Assembly: GCA_035063585.1 (NCBI GenBank)
Contig: JAPSGB010000018.1
Span: 1-64,000, forward strand
DNA: 64,000 nucleotides
Direction: 5' to 3'
Origin: Polyangiaceae bacterium
GTDB taxonomy: Bacteria > Myxococcota_A > Polyangia > Polyangiales > Polyangiaceae
The position numbers were made by a program, and so were the translations under genes. Numbering within the stretch: position 1 is the stretch's first letter; each line of letters begins with the position of its first letter. Shown piece after piece: positions 19,661-29,346 of the stretch. A model generated the notes under the pieces. It was given only the letters and a program-made list of their open reading frames with translations, searched no databases and was not told where the DNA came from.

Positions 19661-20797
19661 TCAGGGCGGGCAGCCGTCGCTCGCCGGCGCGACGTCGAGG
19701 CACTTGTCGCGCGGGCTGAGCGCCCAGGTGCAGTAATCGAGGTACGCGATGCCGGTCATCTTCGTGAAGGTGACCGGCGAGGCCGCGTAGGCCCACGCCT
19801 TGCCCGCGCCCTTCGGCCCGCCATCGGCGAGGTCGTAATAGAAGAGCTTGTCGTGCGCCTCGAGGTCGTTCTCTTGGAAGGTGATGACGCCGAACGGGCC
19901 GACCACCTTCCCGCCCGCGGTCTTCGGCGCGGTCACGTTCTCGAGGGCGACCAGCGCGCCGGCCCACTTGCGGACGACGGTCGCGTCGGTGCCCGCCGCG
20001 AGAGCGTTGGCGGTAGCGGTGTCGAGGATGTGCGGCGCAGGGACCGCGGCGGTGCCGGTCTTGGTGACCGGGCAGCTCTTGAAGGTGCGAAGCTGAGTCT
20101 GCGCGACCTTGCCCGCGCAGTCGGCCGTCGCCGGTAGGTACGAGCTGGTCTTGGCGTAGACGTGGAGCTCGTCGCCCGGCTTCACGTCATCCGGGATCGC
20201 GTCGGTGCCGGTCGGACACTCGCCGACTCCGCCGTCGCCGGTGGTGGAGGACGGCGTGCCATACGAGTACACCATCACGCCTGAGTATTCGGTGGCGGTG
20301 GCGAGCCCGGGCGCCGAGACGAAGACCGCCCAAAGGCAGGAGCCGGTGGATTTGCTCTGCGAGGCGAGGAACTTCTGGCTGGTCGCCACCACGCCGGTGA
20401 GCTCGACGTTCTGATCGGCGCCGATGGTGCCATTGGTCACCTGCACCACGGTCGCCGTCTGGCCCGCGCAGGTGACGCCACCGTCACTCCCGCCCGCGCC
20501 GCCGGTGCTCGTGCCGCCCGCCGCGCCGCCGGTGCTCGTGCCGCCCGCCGCGCCGCCGGTACTCGTGCCGCCCGCCGCGCCGCCGGTACTCGTGCCGCCC
20601 GCCGCGCCGCCGGTGCTCGTGCCGCCCGCCGCGCCGCCGGTGCTCGTGCCGCCCGCCGCGCCGCCGGTGCTGGTCCCGCCCGCCGCGCCGCCGGTCCCTC
20701 CTCCGGGCGAGGAGTCGTCGTCCGCGCGGCACGCGGCCACGGCGCTCGCGACCGTGAGCGCGAAGATCCCGTACTTGAAGAAACGCTGGTTCGTCAT
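19661..20797 (-). CDS. Lipoprotein with Gly/Thr-rich repeat linker and Cys-containing beta domain
   Basis: Lipobox VAAC, (GGTSTGGAA)n linker, globular C-terminal region. Confidence 0.75.
   Translation of the reverse strand: MTNQRFFKYGIFALTVASAVAACRADDDSSPGGGTGGAAGGTSTGGAAGGTSTGGAAGGTSTGGAAGGTSTGGAAGGTSTGGAAGGTSTGGAAGGTSTGGAGGSDGGVTCAGQTATVVQVTNGTIGADQNVELTGVVATSQKFLASQSKSTGSCLWAVFVSAPGLATATEYSGVMVYSYGTPSSTTGDGGVGECPTGTDAIPDDVKPGDELHVYAKTSSYLPATADCAGKVAQTQLRTFKSCPVTKTGTAAVPAPHILDTATANALAAGTDATVVRKWAGALVALENVTAPKTAGGKVVGPFGVITFQENDLEAHDKLFYYDLADGGPKGAGKAWAYAASPVTFTKMTGIAYLDYCTWALSPRDKCLDVAPASDGCPP
20495..20695 (-). repeat. 27-bp tandem repeat, ~7.5 copies (GGTSTGGAA)
   Basis: cgcgccgccggtRctcgtgccgcccgc repeated without spacers. 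Confidence 0.92.
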
Positions 20798-20845
20798 GGC
20801 TGTCTCCCTGAGGTCCGTGAAGGGTAGCGCTCGAGCGCCGCGCTG

Positions 20846-22072
20846 TCAGTCGTCAGCTCGATCCAGGCCAAATCCACTGTGCAGAGTCCGCACCGCGAGC
20901 TCGGTGTACTTGGCCTCGATGATGCAGCTCACCTTGATTTCGCTGGTGCTGATGGCCTGGATGTTGATCCCCTCGGCCGCCAGGAGCTCGAACATGCGGC
21001 TCGCCACACCCGCGTGCGAGCGCATGCCGAGCCCGACGATCGACACCTTCGCGATGTCCTCGGCGTAGTCGACCGCCTGGACCCCGACCTCGCGCGCGTG
21101 CCGCTCGATGAGCTCCTTCGAGCGCGCGAGCTCGGCCTTGGCAATGGTGAAGGTGACGTCGGTGGTCTGGTCACCTCCGCGCGACGGGCTCTGGATGATC
21201 ATGTCGACGCACACGTTCTGGCGCGCGAGCATGCCGAAGATCCCGGCGACCACTCCCGGCCGGTCCGGCACCCGGATGAGCTGCACCTTGGCGTCGCCTT
21301 TGTCGTGGGCGATGCCCGTGACGACCACCGACTCGAGCCCTTCTTCGCCGACCACCATGGTACCCTCCGCATTCGAGAACGACGAGCGCACGTGCACCGG
21401 CACTCCATACTTCATGGCGAGCTCGACGGAGCGGATCTGCAGCACTTTCGCGCCGAGCGACGCGAGCTCGAGCATCTCTTCGTAGCTGATGCGCTCGATC
21501 TTCCGCGCCCGCCCGCAGACGTTCGGATCGGTCGTGTAGACGCCCTCCACGTCCGTATAGATCTCGCATACGTCGGCCTTGATGGCCGCCGCGACGGCGA
21601 CCGCGGTGGTGTCCGAGCCGCCGCGCCCGAGGGTCGTGATGTTGCCCTCGTCGTCCACGCCCTGAAAGCCGGCCACCACCGCGACGCGGCCGCCCCGCAC
21701 CGTGTCGAGCAGCTTCGACCCCTCGATGGTGCGGATGCGCGCCTTCGTGAACGCGCCGTCGGTCGAGATCCTCACCTGATGGCCGAGCAGGCTCCGCGCG
21801 CGCCCGCTCAGGCTCTCGATGGTGATGGCGGTGAGCGCGGCGCTCACCTGCTCACCGGTCGCCGCGAGCGCGTCGAGCTCGCGCGCCTCGGGCGTCGGCG
21901 TGATGGCTTGGGCGAGGCCGAGCAGCCGGTTCGTCTCGCCCGCCATCGCGCTCACGATCACGACGACCTGGTTACCCGCGCGCTGCGTCGCGAGCGCGCG
22001 CTCGGCCACCGCGCGAATGCGGTCGAGATCTCGGACGGACGTGCCGCCGTACTTTTGGACGATGAGCGCCAT
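20846..22072 (-). CDS. lysC: Aspartate kinase
   Basis: [40 protein letters not shown], two ACT domains ending STSEIKVSC. Confidence 0.96.
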   Translation of the reverse strand: MALIVQKYGGTSVRDLDRIRAVAERALATQRAGNQVVVIVSAMAGETNRLLGLAQAITPTPEARELDALAATGEQVSAALTAITIESLSGRARSLLGHQVRISTDGAFTKARIRTIEGSKLLDTVRGGRVAVVAGFQGVDDEGNITTLGRGGSDTTAVAVAAAIKADVCEIYTDVEGVYTTDPNVCGRARKIERISYEEMLELASLGAKVLQIRSVELAMKYGVPVHVRSSFSNAEGTMVVGEEGLESVVVTGIAHDKGDAKVQLIRVPDRPGVVAGIFGMLARQNVCVDMIIQSPSRGGDQTTDVTFTIAKAELARSKELIERHAREVGVQAVDYAEDIAKVSIVGLGMRSHAGVASRMFELLAAEGINIQAISTSEIKVSCIIEAKYTELAVRTLHSGFGLDRADD

Positions 22073-22136
22073 CGGTCGAGGGCCGCGCGTTACCGCTTGT
22101 CCCGCACTGGGGCAAGTCGTTACGCTCCGGGCCGGG

Positions 22137-22496
22137 GTGACTCCGCTCGCTACATACGTCGTCGAGACGCTCTTCACGCTCTTGGCGGTGATCGCGCTCG
22201 CGGTCGTGGTCCTCTACGGGGCGCGCCGCGCGGGGATGGGCCGCCCGGGAGGTCCCCTCACGCTGGTCGGGCGGTTGCCGCTCGACGGCCGCCGCACGGT
22301 GTACCTGGTGCGCGTCGGCGCGCAGCTCTACGTGCTCGGCGCGAGCGAGTCCGGCCTCACCAAGCTGGGCGAGCTCCCGAGCGACTCACTCGAGCTCTCC
22401 GCGCCTCCACCCGAGAGCGAGAGCTTCCGGAGCGCGCTCGCCCGCGTCCTCGGGAGCAAGCGCGACGCGAACGAGAAGAGCGCTGGCGATGGCTGA
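22137..22496 (+). CDS. fliO: FliO-like export-apparatus accessory protein
   Basis: TM helix then [31 protein letters not shown]; immediately upstream of the FliP/SctR gene. Confidence 0.7.
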   Translation: MTPLATYVVETLFTLLAVIALAVVVLYGARRAGMGRPGGPLTLVGRLPLDGRRTVYLVRVGAQLYVLGASESGLTKLGELPSDSLELSAPPPESESFRSALARVLGSKRDANEKSAGDG

Positions 22497-23307
22497 GCCG
22501 TCCTCCAGGGGGTGTCGGTCCGGCGCGGAATCACGCGGCAAGAGCGCGCGCCTCGCGTGCTCGCTCGGCGCGCTCGCGCTCACCGCGTTGTCGGCCGCGG
22601 GTGCGGCTGCGGCACCGGCCGCGACGCCGGCCGCGACGCCGAATCCAGATGATCTCCTCACGCGCCCGGTCGCGCTGGTGGTCGCGCTCGCGCTGGTCGG
22701 GATCCTGCCGTTCGCGTTCATGACGCTGACCTCGTTCGTGAAGATCTCGACGGTGCTCCAGATCGTGCGCGGCGCGATCGGCGCGCAGAACGTCCCTTCG
22801 AACACCGTGGTGATGGCGCTCGCCGGTGCGCTCACGCTCATCGCCATGGCACCGGTCGGCTCGCGCATCGCGGACCGTGCCGCGCCCCTGCTCGAGGGAA
22901 AGCACGAGACGAGTGAGCTCGTGAGCGGGATCATCGAGGCGACCCGCGAGCCGATCCGCGCCTTCCTCAGGGCGAACGCCTCGGCGCGCGAGCGCGGGCG
23001 CTTCTACGAGATCGCGCGCGCCGCGCGCCCGGAGGCCGAGCGCAGCCGAGTCGGCCGAGACGACCTCGTGGTGGTCATCCCGGCCTTCGTGGTGAGCGAG
23101 CTCATCGAGGCCTTCGCGCTCGGGTTCGCCATCTACCTCCCCTTTCTCATCGTCGATCTGGTGGTGTCGAACGTGCTCCTCGCGCTCGGCATGCAGATGA
23201 TGAATCCGACCCAGGTGAGCCTGCCCTTCAAGCTGCTCTTGTTCGTCGCGGTGGACGGCTGGGGGCTGCTCGCGCAGGCGCTGGTCACTGGCTACAAGCC
23301 GGGGTAG
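22489..23307 (+). CDS. sctR: Type III export apparatus subunit FliP/SctR
   Basis: LTSFVKI, AIGAQNVPSN, PAFVVSEL, YLPFLIVDLVVSNVLLALGM, SLPFKLLLFVAVDGW. Confidence 0.9.
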   Translation: MAEPSSRGCRSGAESRGKSARLACSLGALALTALSAAGAAAAPAATPAATPNPDDLLTRPVALVVALALVGILPFAFMTLTSFVKISTVLQIVRGAIGAQNVPSNTVVMALAGALTLIAMAPVGSRIADRAAPLLEGKHETSELVSGIIEATREPIRAFLRANASARERGRFYEIARAARPEAERSRVGRDDLVVVIPAFVVSELIEAFALGFAIYLPFLIVDLVVSNVLLALGMQMMNPTQVSLPFKLLLFVAVDGWGLLAQALVTGYKPG

Positions 23308-23385
23308 CGCCGTCACCAAGCGGCGCGCCGTGTCGCGCGGCGCGGTGCCGGCGAGGGATTTCGTAGGCTATCCCGCTCAATACGA

Positions 23386-23453
23386 GGTCTATGGCCCCCA
23401 CATATGTGGTCTATGGGCCCCATAGATGGGGGCCGTAGGCCCCACATCACCTC
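23386..23453. promoter_or_regulatory. Palindrome-rich 22-bp imperfect repeat cluster (possible operator or structured RNA)
   Basis: GGTCTATGGCCCCCACATATGT / GGTCTATGGGCCCCATAGATGG / GGGCCGTAGGCCCCACATCACC. Contains palindrome CCACATATGTGG and inverted repeat TCTATGGG-C-CCCATAGA. Confidence 0.5.
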
Positions 23454-23535
23454 GGTTGCGTGACCAGGAATACCTGGCGGCCCGGATGGTTTCCTCGCGT
23501 GCCGGAGTCCGCCGAGACCGGCAGGTTTCGCTGTG

Positions 23536-23563
23536 TTGACACGGATCGAGTCGTCGCTAGGAT
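23536..23563 (+). promoter_or_regulatory. Sigma70-like promoter of the ABC operon
   Basis: TTGACA-16 nt-TAGGAT; GGAGG RBS at 23637-23641 ahead of ATG 23646. Confidence 0.6.
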
Positions 23564-23645
23564 GCCGCCGCTCCGCGCCTCGAATGGGATCGGAGGCGGA
23601 GTTTCTCGGCGGCAGGGACGCTCTCAGTCCCTCCTTGGAGGCCGG

Positions 23646-24800
23646 ATGAGTACGGACATCATGATCCAGGCCGATGGCCTGACGAAGCGGTTCGGGGCGG
23701 TGCGCGCCCTCGACAACGTGAGCTTCGAGGTGAAAAAGGGCGAGGTGGTGGGCTTCCTCGGCCCGAACGGCGCGGGCAAGTCGACCACCATGCGCATCTT
23801 GACGTGCTTCATCTCGCCGACCGCGGGGACGGCGAGCGTGCGCGGGCACGACGTCTTCGACGAGCCGCTCGAAGTGCGTCGCTCGATCGGCTACCTGCCC
23901 CAGCGAGCGCCGCTCTACACCGACATGAAGGTGTACGAGTATCTGAGCTTCGCGGCCCACGTCCGCGGGCTCGACGACTCCACCTTCCGCTCGCGGCTGA
24001 AGAAGGTGGTCGAGGTCTGCGGCCTGGCGCAGGTGCTCGGGAGCGACATCGGCACGCTCTCGCACGGGTACCGTCAGCGCGTCGGGCTCGGCCAGGCGCT
24101 CATCCACGATCCGGCGATTTTGATCCTCGACGAGCCGACCAGCGATCTCGACCCGAACGAGAAGGCGGAGGTGCTCCGGTACATCAAGGAGATCGGCAAG
24201 GATCGGACCATCCTCCTTTCTACGCACAACCTCTCCGAGGTGGAGGAGGCGTGCGCTCGCGCCATCATCGTCAGCAAGGGGCGGGTGGTCGCGGACGGCC
24301 CGCTCGACGAGATCCGCGCGCGGACCGGGAACGTCCGCTACACGGTCACCATCGACGAGCAGCACGCCGAGGCCGGGAACAAGCCGCCTACGGCCACGGC
24401 CGTCCAGGAGGCGCTCGAGCGAATGACCGGCGCCGGGAAGGTGCGCGAGCTTCCCACCGATGAGAGCGCGCACAAATTCGAGCTCACCAGCGGCCGCGAC
24501 GGGGATCTGCGGGCGGAGATCTTCCGGCTCGTGGTCGCGAAGAACTGGACGCTGCTCGAGCTCCGGCGCGAGGCGCAGAGCCTCGACGCGGTGTTCCGAG
24601 ACCTCACCCGCGGCGACGAGCGGCTCGACCGCGGCGCCGGCTGGGCGGGACACGGCGACGAGCCCGACGAGGACGAGTCCGACGAGGACGAGTCCGACGA
24701 GGACGAGTCCGGCGAGGACGAGCCCGATGATGACGAGTCCGACGAGGACGAGCCCGATGATGACGAGTCCGACGAGGACGAGCCCAAGGGGAAAGGTTGA
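23646..24800 (+). CDS. ABC transporter ATP-binding protein (GldA-like) with acidic tail
   Basis: GPNGAGKST, LSHGYRQRVGL, ILDEPT, LSTH; C-terminal (DEDES/DEPDD)n repeats. Confidence 0.9.
   Translation: MSTDIMIQADGLTKRFGAVRALDNVSFEVKKGEVVGFLGPNGAGKSTTMRILTCFISPTAGTASVRGHDVFDEPLEVRRSIGYLPQRAPLYTDMKVYEYLSFAAHVRGLDDSTFRSRLKKVVEVCGLAQVLGSDIGTLSHGYRQRVGLGQALIHDPAILILDEPTSDLDPNEKAEVLRYIKEIGKDRTILLSTHNLSEVEEACARAIIVSKGRVVADGPLDEIRARTGNVRYTVTIDEQHAEAGNKPPTATAVQEALERMTGAGKVRELPTDESAHKFELTSGRDGDLRAEIFRLVVAKNWTLLELRREAQSLDAVFRDLTRGDERLDRGAGWAGHGDEPDEDESDEDESDEDESGEDEPDDDESDEDEPDDDESDEDEPKGKG
24657..24783 (+). repeat. 15-bp degenerate tandem repeat encoding the Asp/Glu tail
   Basis: gacgaggacgagtcc-type units in tandem. 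Confidence 0.8.
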
Positions 24801-24803
24801 GCG

Positions 24804-25538
24804 ATGTCTCCCATGTTGACGATCGCCAAGCGTGAGTTCCGGTCCTATTTCGACTCACCGCTGGCTTACGTGGTCATCTGCGTGAGCTTCCTGGCCCTCG
24901 GCGGCTTCTTCTTCATGTTCCGGGGCGGCTTCTGGCAGCTCGACCGCGCCACCCTCCAGAACATGTTCGAGTACATGCCGTGGGGTCTGTCGATCCTGGT
25001 CATCCCGGTGGTGACCATGCGGCTCATCGCGGAAGAGAAGCGGAGCGGCACGCTCGAGATGCTCATCACGCTGCCGGTGAAGGACAGCGACGTGGTGCTC
25101 GGGAAGTATCTGGGCGCGCTCGGCCTGGTGCTGACCCTGGTCCTCGCGTCGCTCATCTACCCGCTCGCGATGTTCAAGTGGCCGTGGAACCTCGGCCCGC
25201 TCGACATGGGCCCGGTGCTCTCGGGCTACCTCGGGCTCATCTTGTTCAGCGCCGCCGCGACCGCGCTCGGACTCCTCATCAGCGCGCTGACCGACAGTCA
25301 GGCCATCGCGTTCTTCATCACCTTCTTCGTGCTGCTCGTCTTGTGGCTCATCGGCACCTTCGCCGAGAGCATGGGCGGGGTGCTGGGCAACGTCCTCAGC
25401 TTCATCAGCTTCCAATCGCGCCTCGACGGCTTCACGCGGGGCCTGATGGATACCCGCGACATCGTGTACTTCCTCTCCGTCACGGGCCTGGCGCTCGTGG
25501 TGGCATTCCGGGCGCTCGAGCGCCGCAAGTGGGCATGA
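24804..25538 (+). CDS. ABC-2 permease (GldF-like)
   Basis: IAKREFRSYFDSPLAY, TMRLIAEEKRSGTLEMLITLP, multiple TM helices. Confidence 0.88.
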   Translation: MSPMLTIAKREFRSYFDSPLAYVVICVSFLALGGFFFMFRGGFWQLDRATLQNMFEYMPWGLSILVIPVVTMRLIAEEKRSGTLEMLITLPVKDSDVVLGKYLGALGLVLTLVLASLIYPLAMFKWPWNLGPLDMGPVLSGYLGLILFSAAATALGLLISALTDSQAIAFFITFFVLLVLWLIGTFAESMGGVLGNVLSFISFQSRLDGFTRGLMDTRDIVYFLSVTGLALVVAFRALERRKWA

Positions 25539-27388
25539 GCATGGCGACCCAAGACAAGAAACGAACCGCGGCGGCGCAGACCGGCATCTACTTGCTGGTC
25601 CTGACCGGGATCCTGGTCCTCGCCAACGTGTTCTCCGCGCGCGCCTACAAGCGCGTGGACGTCACCAAGAACGAGCGATACACGCTGAGCGAGGGAAGCG
25701 GTCGGCTCCTGAAGACGCTGCACGGCCCGGTCCAGGTCGACGCCTACGTCACCCGCGGCCTCGCGCAGCTCGACGCCTTCGTGCGCGACCTCACCGATCT
25801 CCTGAAGGAGTACGAGCGGGCGGGGCAGGGCAAGTTCAAGTTCACCATCATCGAGGCCAAGACGGACGAGCTCCGCGAGCAGGCGAAGGACGCCGGGCTC
25901 CAGCCCTCCGCCTTCGGCGAGGCCAGCGCCACCGGCGAAGATCAGGCCTCGGTCGCCCAGGGCTACATGGGCCTGGTCTTCAAGTACGGCAGCGAGAAGG
26001 GCGTCATCCCGCAGCTCGCGCCAGGCCGCTCCGAGGGGCTCGAGTTCTGGATCACCAACAAGATCCGTGAGGTCCGCGACAAGTCGGACGACATCAAGCA
26101 CCGCATCGGCGTCGTCACCGGCAAGGACGAGCTCAAGCTCTCGGACACCAACCTGGTGCCCCGTCAGGGGCGCTCCGGCTCGCCGAGCATCCAGAGCATC
26201 ATCGAGCAGGCCTTCCCCTTCTACAAGATCGAGGAGGTCGACCTGAAGGACGGCGAGTCCGAAATCGACAAGGGACTCGACGGCCTCATCATCACCCAGC
26301 CGCGCAAGGACTACACCGAGAAGGAGCTCCGGCGGATCGACCAATTCTTGATGCTGGGCAACAAGAGCCTGGCGGTGTTCGCCTCGGCGGTCACGCTCAA
26401 GCCGCAAGATCCGGCCATGGAGGCGACGCTCGATCTCCACGGGCTCGACAAGCTCCTCCCCGGCTACGGCATCGACCTCAAGAAGGACGCGGTCCTCGAC
26501 TACGGCGCGCAGTTCCGGCTACCCGTGATGACGCAGACCGGCTCGGTGGTGTCGATCCGCGACCCCGCCATCGCGCACGTGGTCGCCGATCCCCGCTTCG
26601 AGGGCGACGAGAAGCTGCTCGACGACGGCTTTCCAGCCTTCTTCCGCATGGAGGAAATCGCCTTCCCGTTTCCGTCCAGCATCGAGCTCTTGAAGGACAA
26701 GCAACCGAAGGACGTCAAGCTGTTCGCGGTGGCTCGCACCACGCCCGCGGCGGGGGTGGACAAGAGCGCCACCATCGACATGAAGCTGAAGGCGGAGTGG
26801 GCTCCGAAGCCGCCCTTCGCGCAGCACATCATCGCCGCGGTCGCCGAGGGCAAGCTGAAGAGCGCGTTCGCGGGGAGCAAGGCTGACGGCATCACCACCA
26901 ACGAGCTTGCGCCGAAGGAGTCGCGGGTGCTGGTGATCGCCTCGAGCCAGTTTCTGACCAACCCGTTCGCCTACGCCGGCAACGGGCCGGACCTCGGCGG
27001 GCAGTTCGCCATGATGGGCGCGATCGGCGGCGATCCGCAGCTCCAGATGTTCGCCGGCCCCTACGCTCAGCGATACCTCACCAACACCATCATCTCGGTC
27101 AAGAACACCCTCGACTGGATGAGCGGTGACGCAGACCTCCTCGCGGCCAGCGCCAAGATCCTCCAGGACGCGAACCTCACCTACTCGAGCGTCGCCAAGC
27201 CCAAGGTCAGCGCGCAGGACGACGACGCCGCGATCAAGAAGAAGGACGAGGAGTATCGTGAGGCGCGCAAGCAGGTACAACGTCAGGTTCAGTGGAGCCT
27301 GACCCTCGGGGTTCCGCTCATCTTCGCGGCGTTTGGGCTGCTCCGGTGGCGCGGTCGCTCGGGCCGCACGAGCAAGTACAAGGTGTGA
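25535..27388 (+). CDS. ABC auxiliary component (GldG-like)
   Basis: ATGA overlap, N- and C-terminal TMs, RVDVTKNERYTLS, large periplasmic domain. Confidence 0.8.
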   Translation: MSMATQDKKRTAAAQTGIYLLVLTGILVLANVFSARAYKRVDVTKNERYTLSEGSGRLLKTLHGPVQVDAYVTRGLAQLDAFVRDLTDLLKEYERAGQGKFKFTIIEAKTDELREQAKDAGLQPSAFGEASATGEDQASVAQGYMGLVFKYGSEKGVIPQLAPGRSEGLEFWITNKIREVRDKSDDIKHRIGVVTGKDELKLSDTNLVPRQGRSGSPSIQSIIEQAFPFYKIEEVDLKDGESEIDKGLDGLIITQPRKDYTEKELRRIDQFLMLGNKSLAVFASAVTLKPQDPAMEATLDLHGLDKLLPGYGIDLKKDAVLDYGAQFRLPVMTQTGSVVSIRDPAIAHVVADPRFEGDEKLLDDGFPAFFRMEEIAFPFPSSIELLKDKQPKDVKLFAVARTTPAAGVDKSATIDMKLKAEWAPKPPFAQHIIAAVAEGKLKSAFAGSKADGITTNELAPKESRVLVIASSQFLTNPFAYAGNGPDLGGQFAMMGAIGGDPQLQMFAGPYAQRYLTNTIISVKNTLDWMSGDADLLAASAKILQDANLTYSSVAKPKVSAQDDDAAIKKKDEEYREARKQVQRQVQWSLTLGVPLIFAAFGLLRWRGRSGRTSKYKV

Positions 27389-27402
27389 AGGACCAGCCTA
27401 CG

Positions 27403-28452
27403 ATGGCCATCAGTACGGACAAGAAGCTCTATATCGCGATCGGCGTGTTGGTCCTGGCAGGCGGCGCCGTCTACCTGCAAAACCAGAACCAATCCAAGGA
27501 GGCGGAGGCCCACTCGCAGGTCGACCAGGCCAAGAACCTCCCGAAGCTCGAGCTCAAGGACGAGCAGCTCAAGAAGGTCGATCGCGTCACCATCACGCAG
27601 CCCGCTGGCGACGCCGGGCTGCCGACCGAGGTGGTGCTGGTCAAGAAGGGTGAGGAGTGGGAGCTCGAGAAGCCGGTGGCTGCCAAGGCCAACCAGGCCA
27701 ACGTGAAGAGCCTCATCGACAACCTGAAGACGCTGAAGGTGACCGACGTCATCAACCCGGACGCCAGCGCGTACGCGAAATACAAGGTGAGCGACGACAC
27801 CGCGCTCCACGCGGTGTTCAAGGCCGGAAGCGACACGGTCGCCGACTACTACTTCGGCGAGGGCGGCTCGCGCGGGCAAATGACGCGTTTTGCGGGCAAG
27901 GACGGCGTGTTCGCGGTGGACGGCTACTCGAGCTTCCTCTACTCGCGCGACCTCAAGGACTGGCGCGACCGCGAGATCTTCAAGTTCGAGGAGAAGGACG
28001 CGACCGCCGTCGAGATCGAGAACGAGAACGGCGTCTTCAGCTTCGAGAAGTCCGGCGACACCTGGGCGGCGAAGTTCAAGAAGCCGAAGGGCGCCGCCGC
28101 GGCCAAGCTCGACCGCTTCGACTCCGCAAAGATCGAGGATCTCCTGCGCGCGTACAAGGCGCTCAGCGCCAATGACTTTACGCAAGACAAGAAGCCCGAA
28201 GACATCGGCCTCGCGACGCCCAAGGCGAAGCTCACCATCACCATGAAGGACGGCGGGAAGAAGACCCTGTACGTCGGCGACAAGGCGGAGGGCTCGGACC
28301 GCTACGCCAAGGCCGAGGGGAGCGACGCCATCATCACGGTGTCGAGCTTCGCGGCCGACTGGGCTACCGCCGAGCCGAGCAAGTTCCAGAAGCCCGACGA
28401 CAAGAAGGACAAGGACAAGGACAAGCCGAAGGCGGGCGAAGACGCCGAGTAG
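27403..28452 (+). CDS. DUF4340-like periplasmic protein
   Basis: N-terminal TM, two similar domains, LKDWRDREIF; typical fourth gene of Gld-like ABC operons. Confidence 0.75.
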   Translation: MAISTDKKLYIAIGVLVLAGGAVYLQNQNQSKEAEAHSQVDQAKNLPKLELKDEQLKKVDRVTITQPAGDAGLPTEVVLVKKGEEWELEKPVAAKANQANVKSLIDNLKTLKVTDVINPDASAYAKYKVSDDTALHAVFKAGSDTVADYYFGEGGSRGQMTRFAGKDGVFAVDGYSSFLYSRDLKDWRDREIFKFEEKDATAVEIENENGVFSFEKSGDTWAAKFKKPKGAAAAKLDRFDSAKIEDLLRAYKALSANDFTQDKKPEDIGLATPKAKLTITMKDGGKKTLYVGDKAEGSDRYAKAEGSDAIITVSSFAADWATAEPSKFQKPDDKKDKDKDKPKAGEDAE

Positions 28453-28461
28453 GCGCGACGG

Positions 28462-29334
28462 GTGACCGCCCCGAAGAGCCCGCGGATCGACGTCGAGTGG
28501 TGCGCGTTCCGCGCCGGGTTGAAGCCGGCGCTGCGGCTCAGCGCCGCGCCGGACGAGGCGGACGCGATCGCGGCGCGCTACCGCGCCGGCGGTGCATGGA
28601 TCGCGATGAGCGAGCCCGTGGCGCTGCGCGAACGAGTGACGCGGCTCGTTTACGTGGCGGGCACCGAGCGCGGGGCCGCTCTGCTCGTGCAGCTCGAACG
28701 GCGACTCTTGAATGCGCCGTCGCGACGAGCGCAGCGCGAGGCGTCGCTCGAGCTCGGCTATCGTCTCGGTTACCCGCGCTGCTGCGTGGAGGGGTTCGTG
28801 TACCGAAACCACGGTCCGCCGAGCAGCGCGCTCGCGAGCCTGCTCGCGCGAAGGCTCGGACACGACGCTTACAAGGGCGCGCGCGACGCGTGGGTCGCGC
28901 GGCCGTTGCCGCGCTTGAACGTCCTCTTCATGCCGGCGCGGCGCGGGTACTTGAGCTTCGATCCTTGCCGCTACGACTGCGAGCTCGCCCGGGCGCTCGC
29001 GGAGCGAACGGCGGACGCCGTCGCCGCGGAGGCCCCGGCGGCGGTGGCGGAAATCGACGCTGAGCTCGCCTGCGCGGCGGCGATCTCGGCGAGCGGAGCC
29101 CGCGCTCGCGTGGTGCTCGAGCGCGGGCCGAAGCGGCGCCTACGGGTGGCTCACGCCGAAGCGCCGCGCGACCTCGACGGGGTGGCGAGCGACGCGGACG
29201 CCCGCTTCGCGCGCGCGCTCGTCGCGCGCGAGGTCGGGCGGCGCGGCTTGGTGCTCGGCGGGTGGAGCTTCTCGCCACCGGTCGTGGTGGACTTCGCGGC
29301 GGGGGGGCGTGTGCCGGACGAGACAGCGTGGTAG
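28462..29334 (+). CDS. Hypothetical Cys-motif protein (DUF483-like)
   Basis: AFRAGLKPALRL, LGYRLGYPRCCVEGF, LSFDPCRYDC motifs. Confidence 0.6.
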   Translation: MTAPKSPRIDVEWCAFRAGLKPALRLSAAPDEADAIAARYRAGGAWIAMSEPVALRERVTRLVYVAGTERGAALLVQLERRLLNAPSRRAQREASLELGYRLGYPRCCVEGFVYRNHGPPSSALASLLARRLGHDAYKGARDAWVARPLPRLNVLFMPARRGYLSFDPCRYDCELARALAERTADAVAAEAPAAVAEIDAELACAAAISASGARARVVLERGPKRRLRVAHAEAPRDLDGVASDADARFARALVAREVGRRGLVLGGWSFSPPVVVDFAAGGRVPDETAW

Positions 29335-29346
29335 AAAGCCGCCACA

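Noticed and set aside
20495..20695. Tandem 27-bp repeats as a possible CRISPR array
   Set aside because: No spacers, in frame within a lipoprotein linker, and no cas genes.
23646..28452. Gld-like ABC system as the dedicated exporter of the HxS peptide
   Set aside because: No peptidase domain, separated from the cluster by pheT and pckA, and a common operon type; only the adjacent LGYPxCC gene hints at a link.
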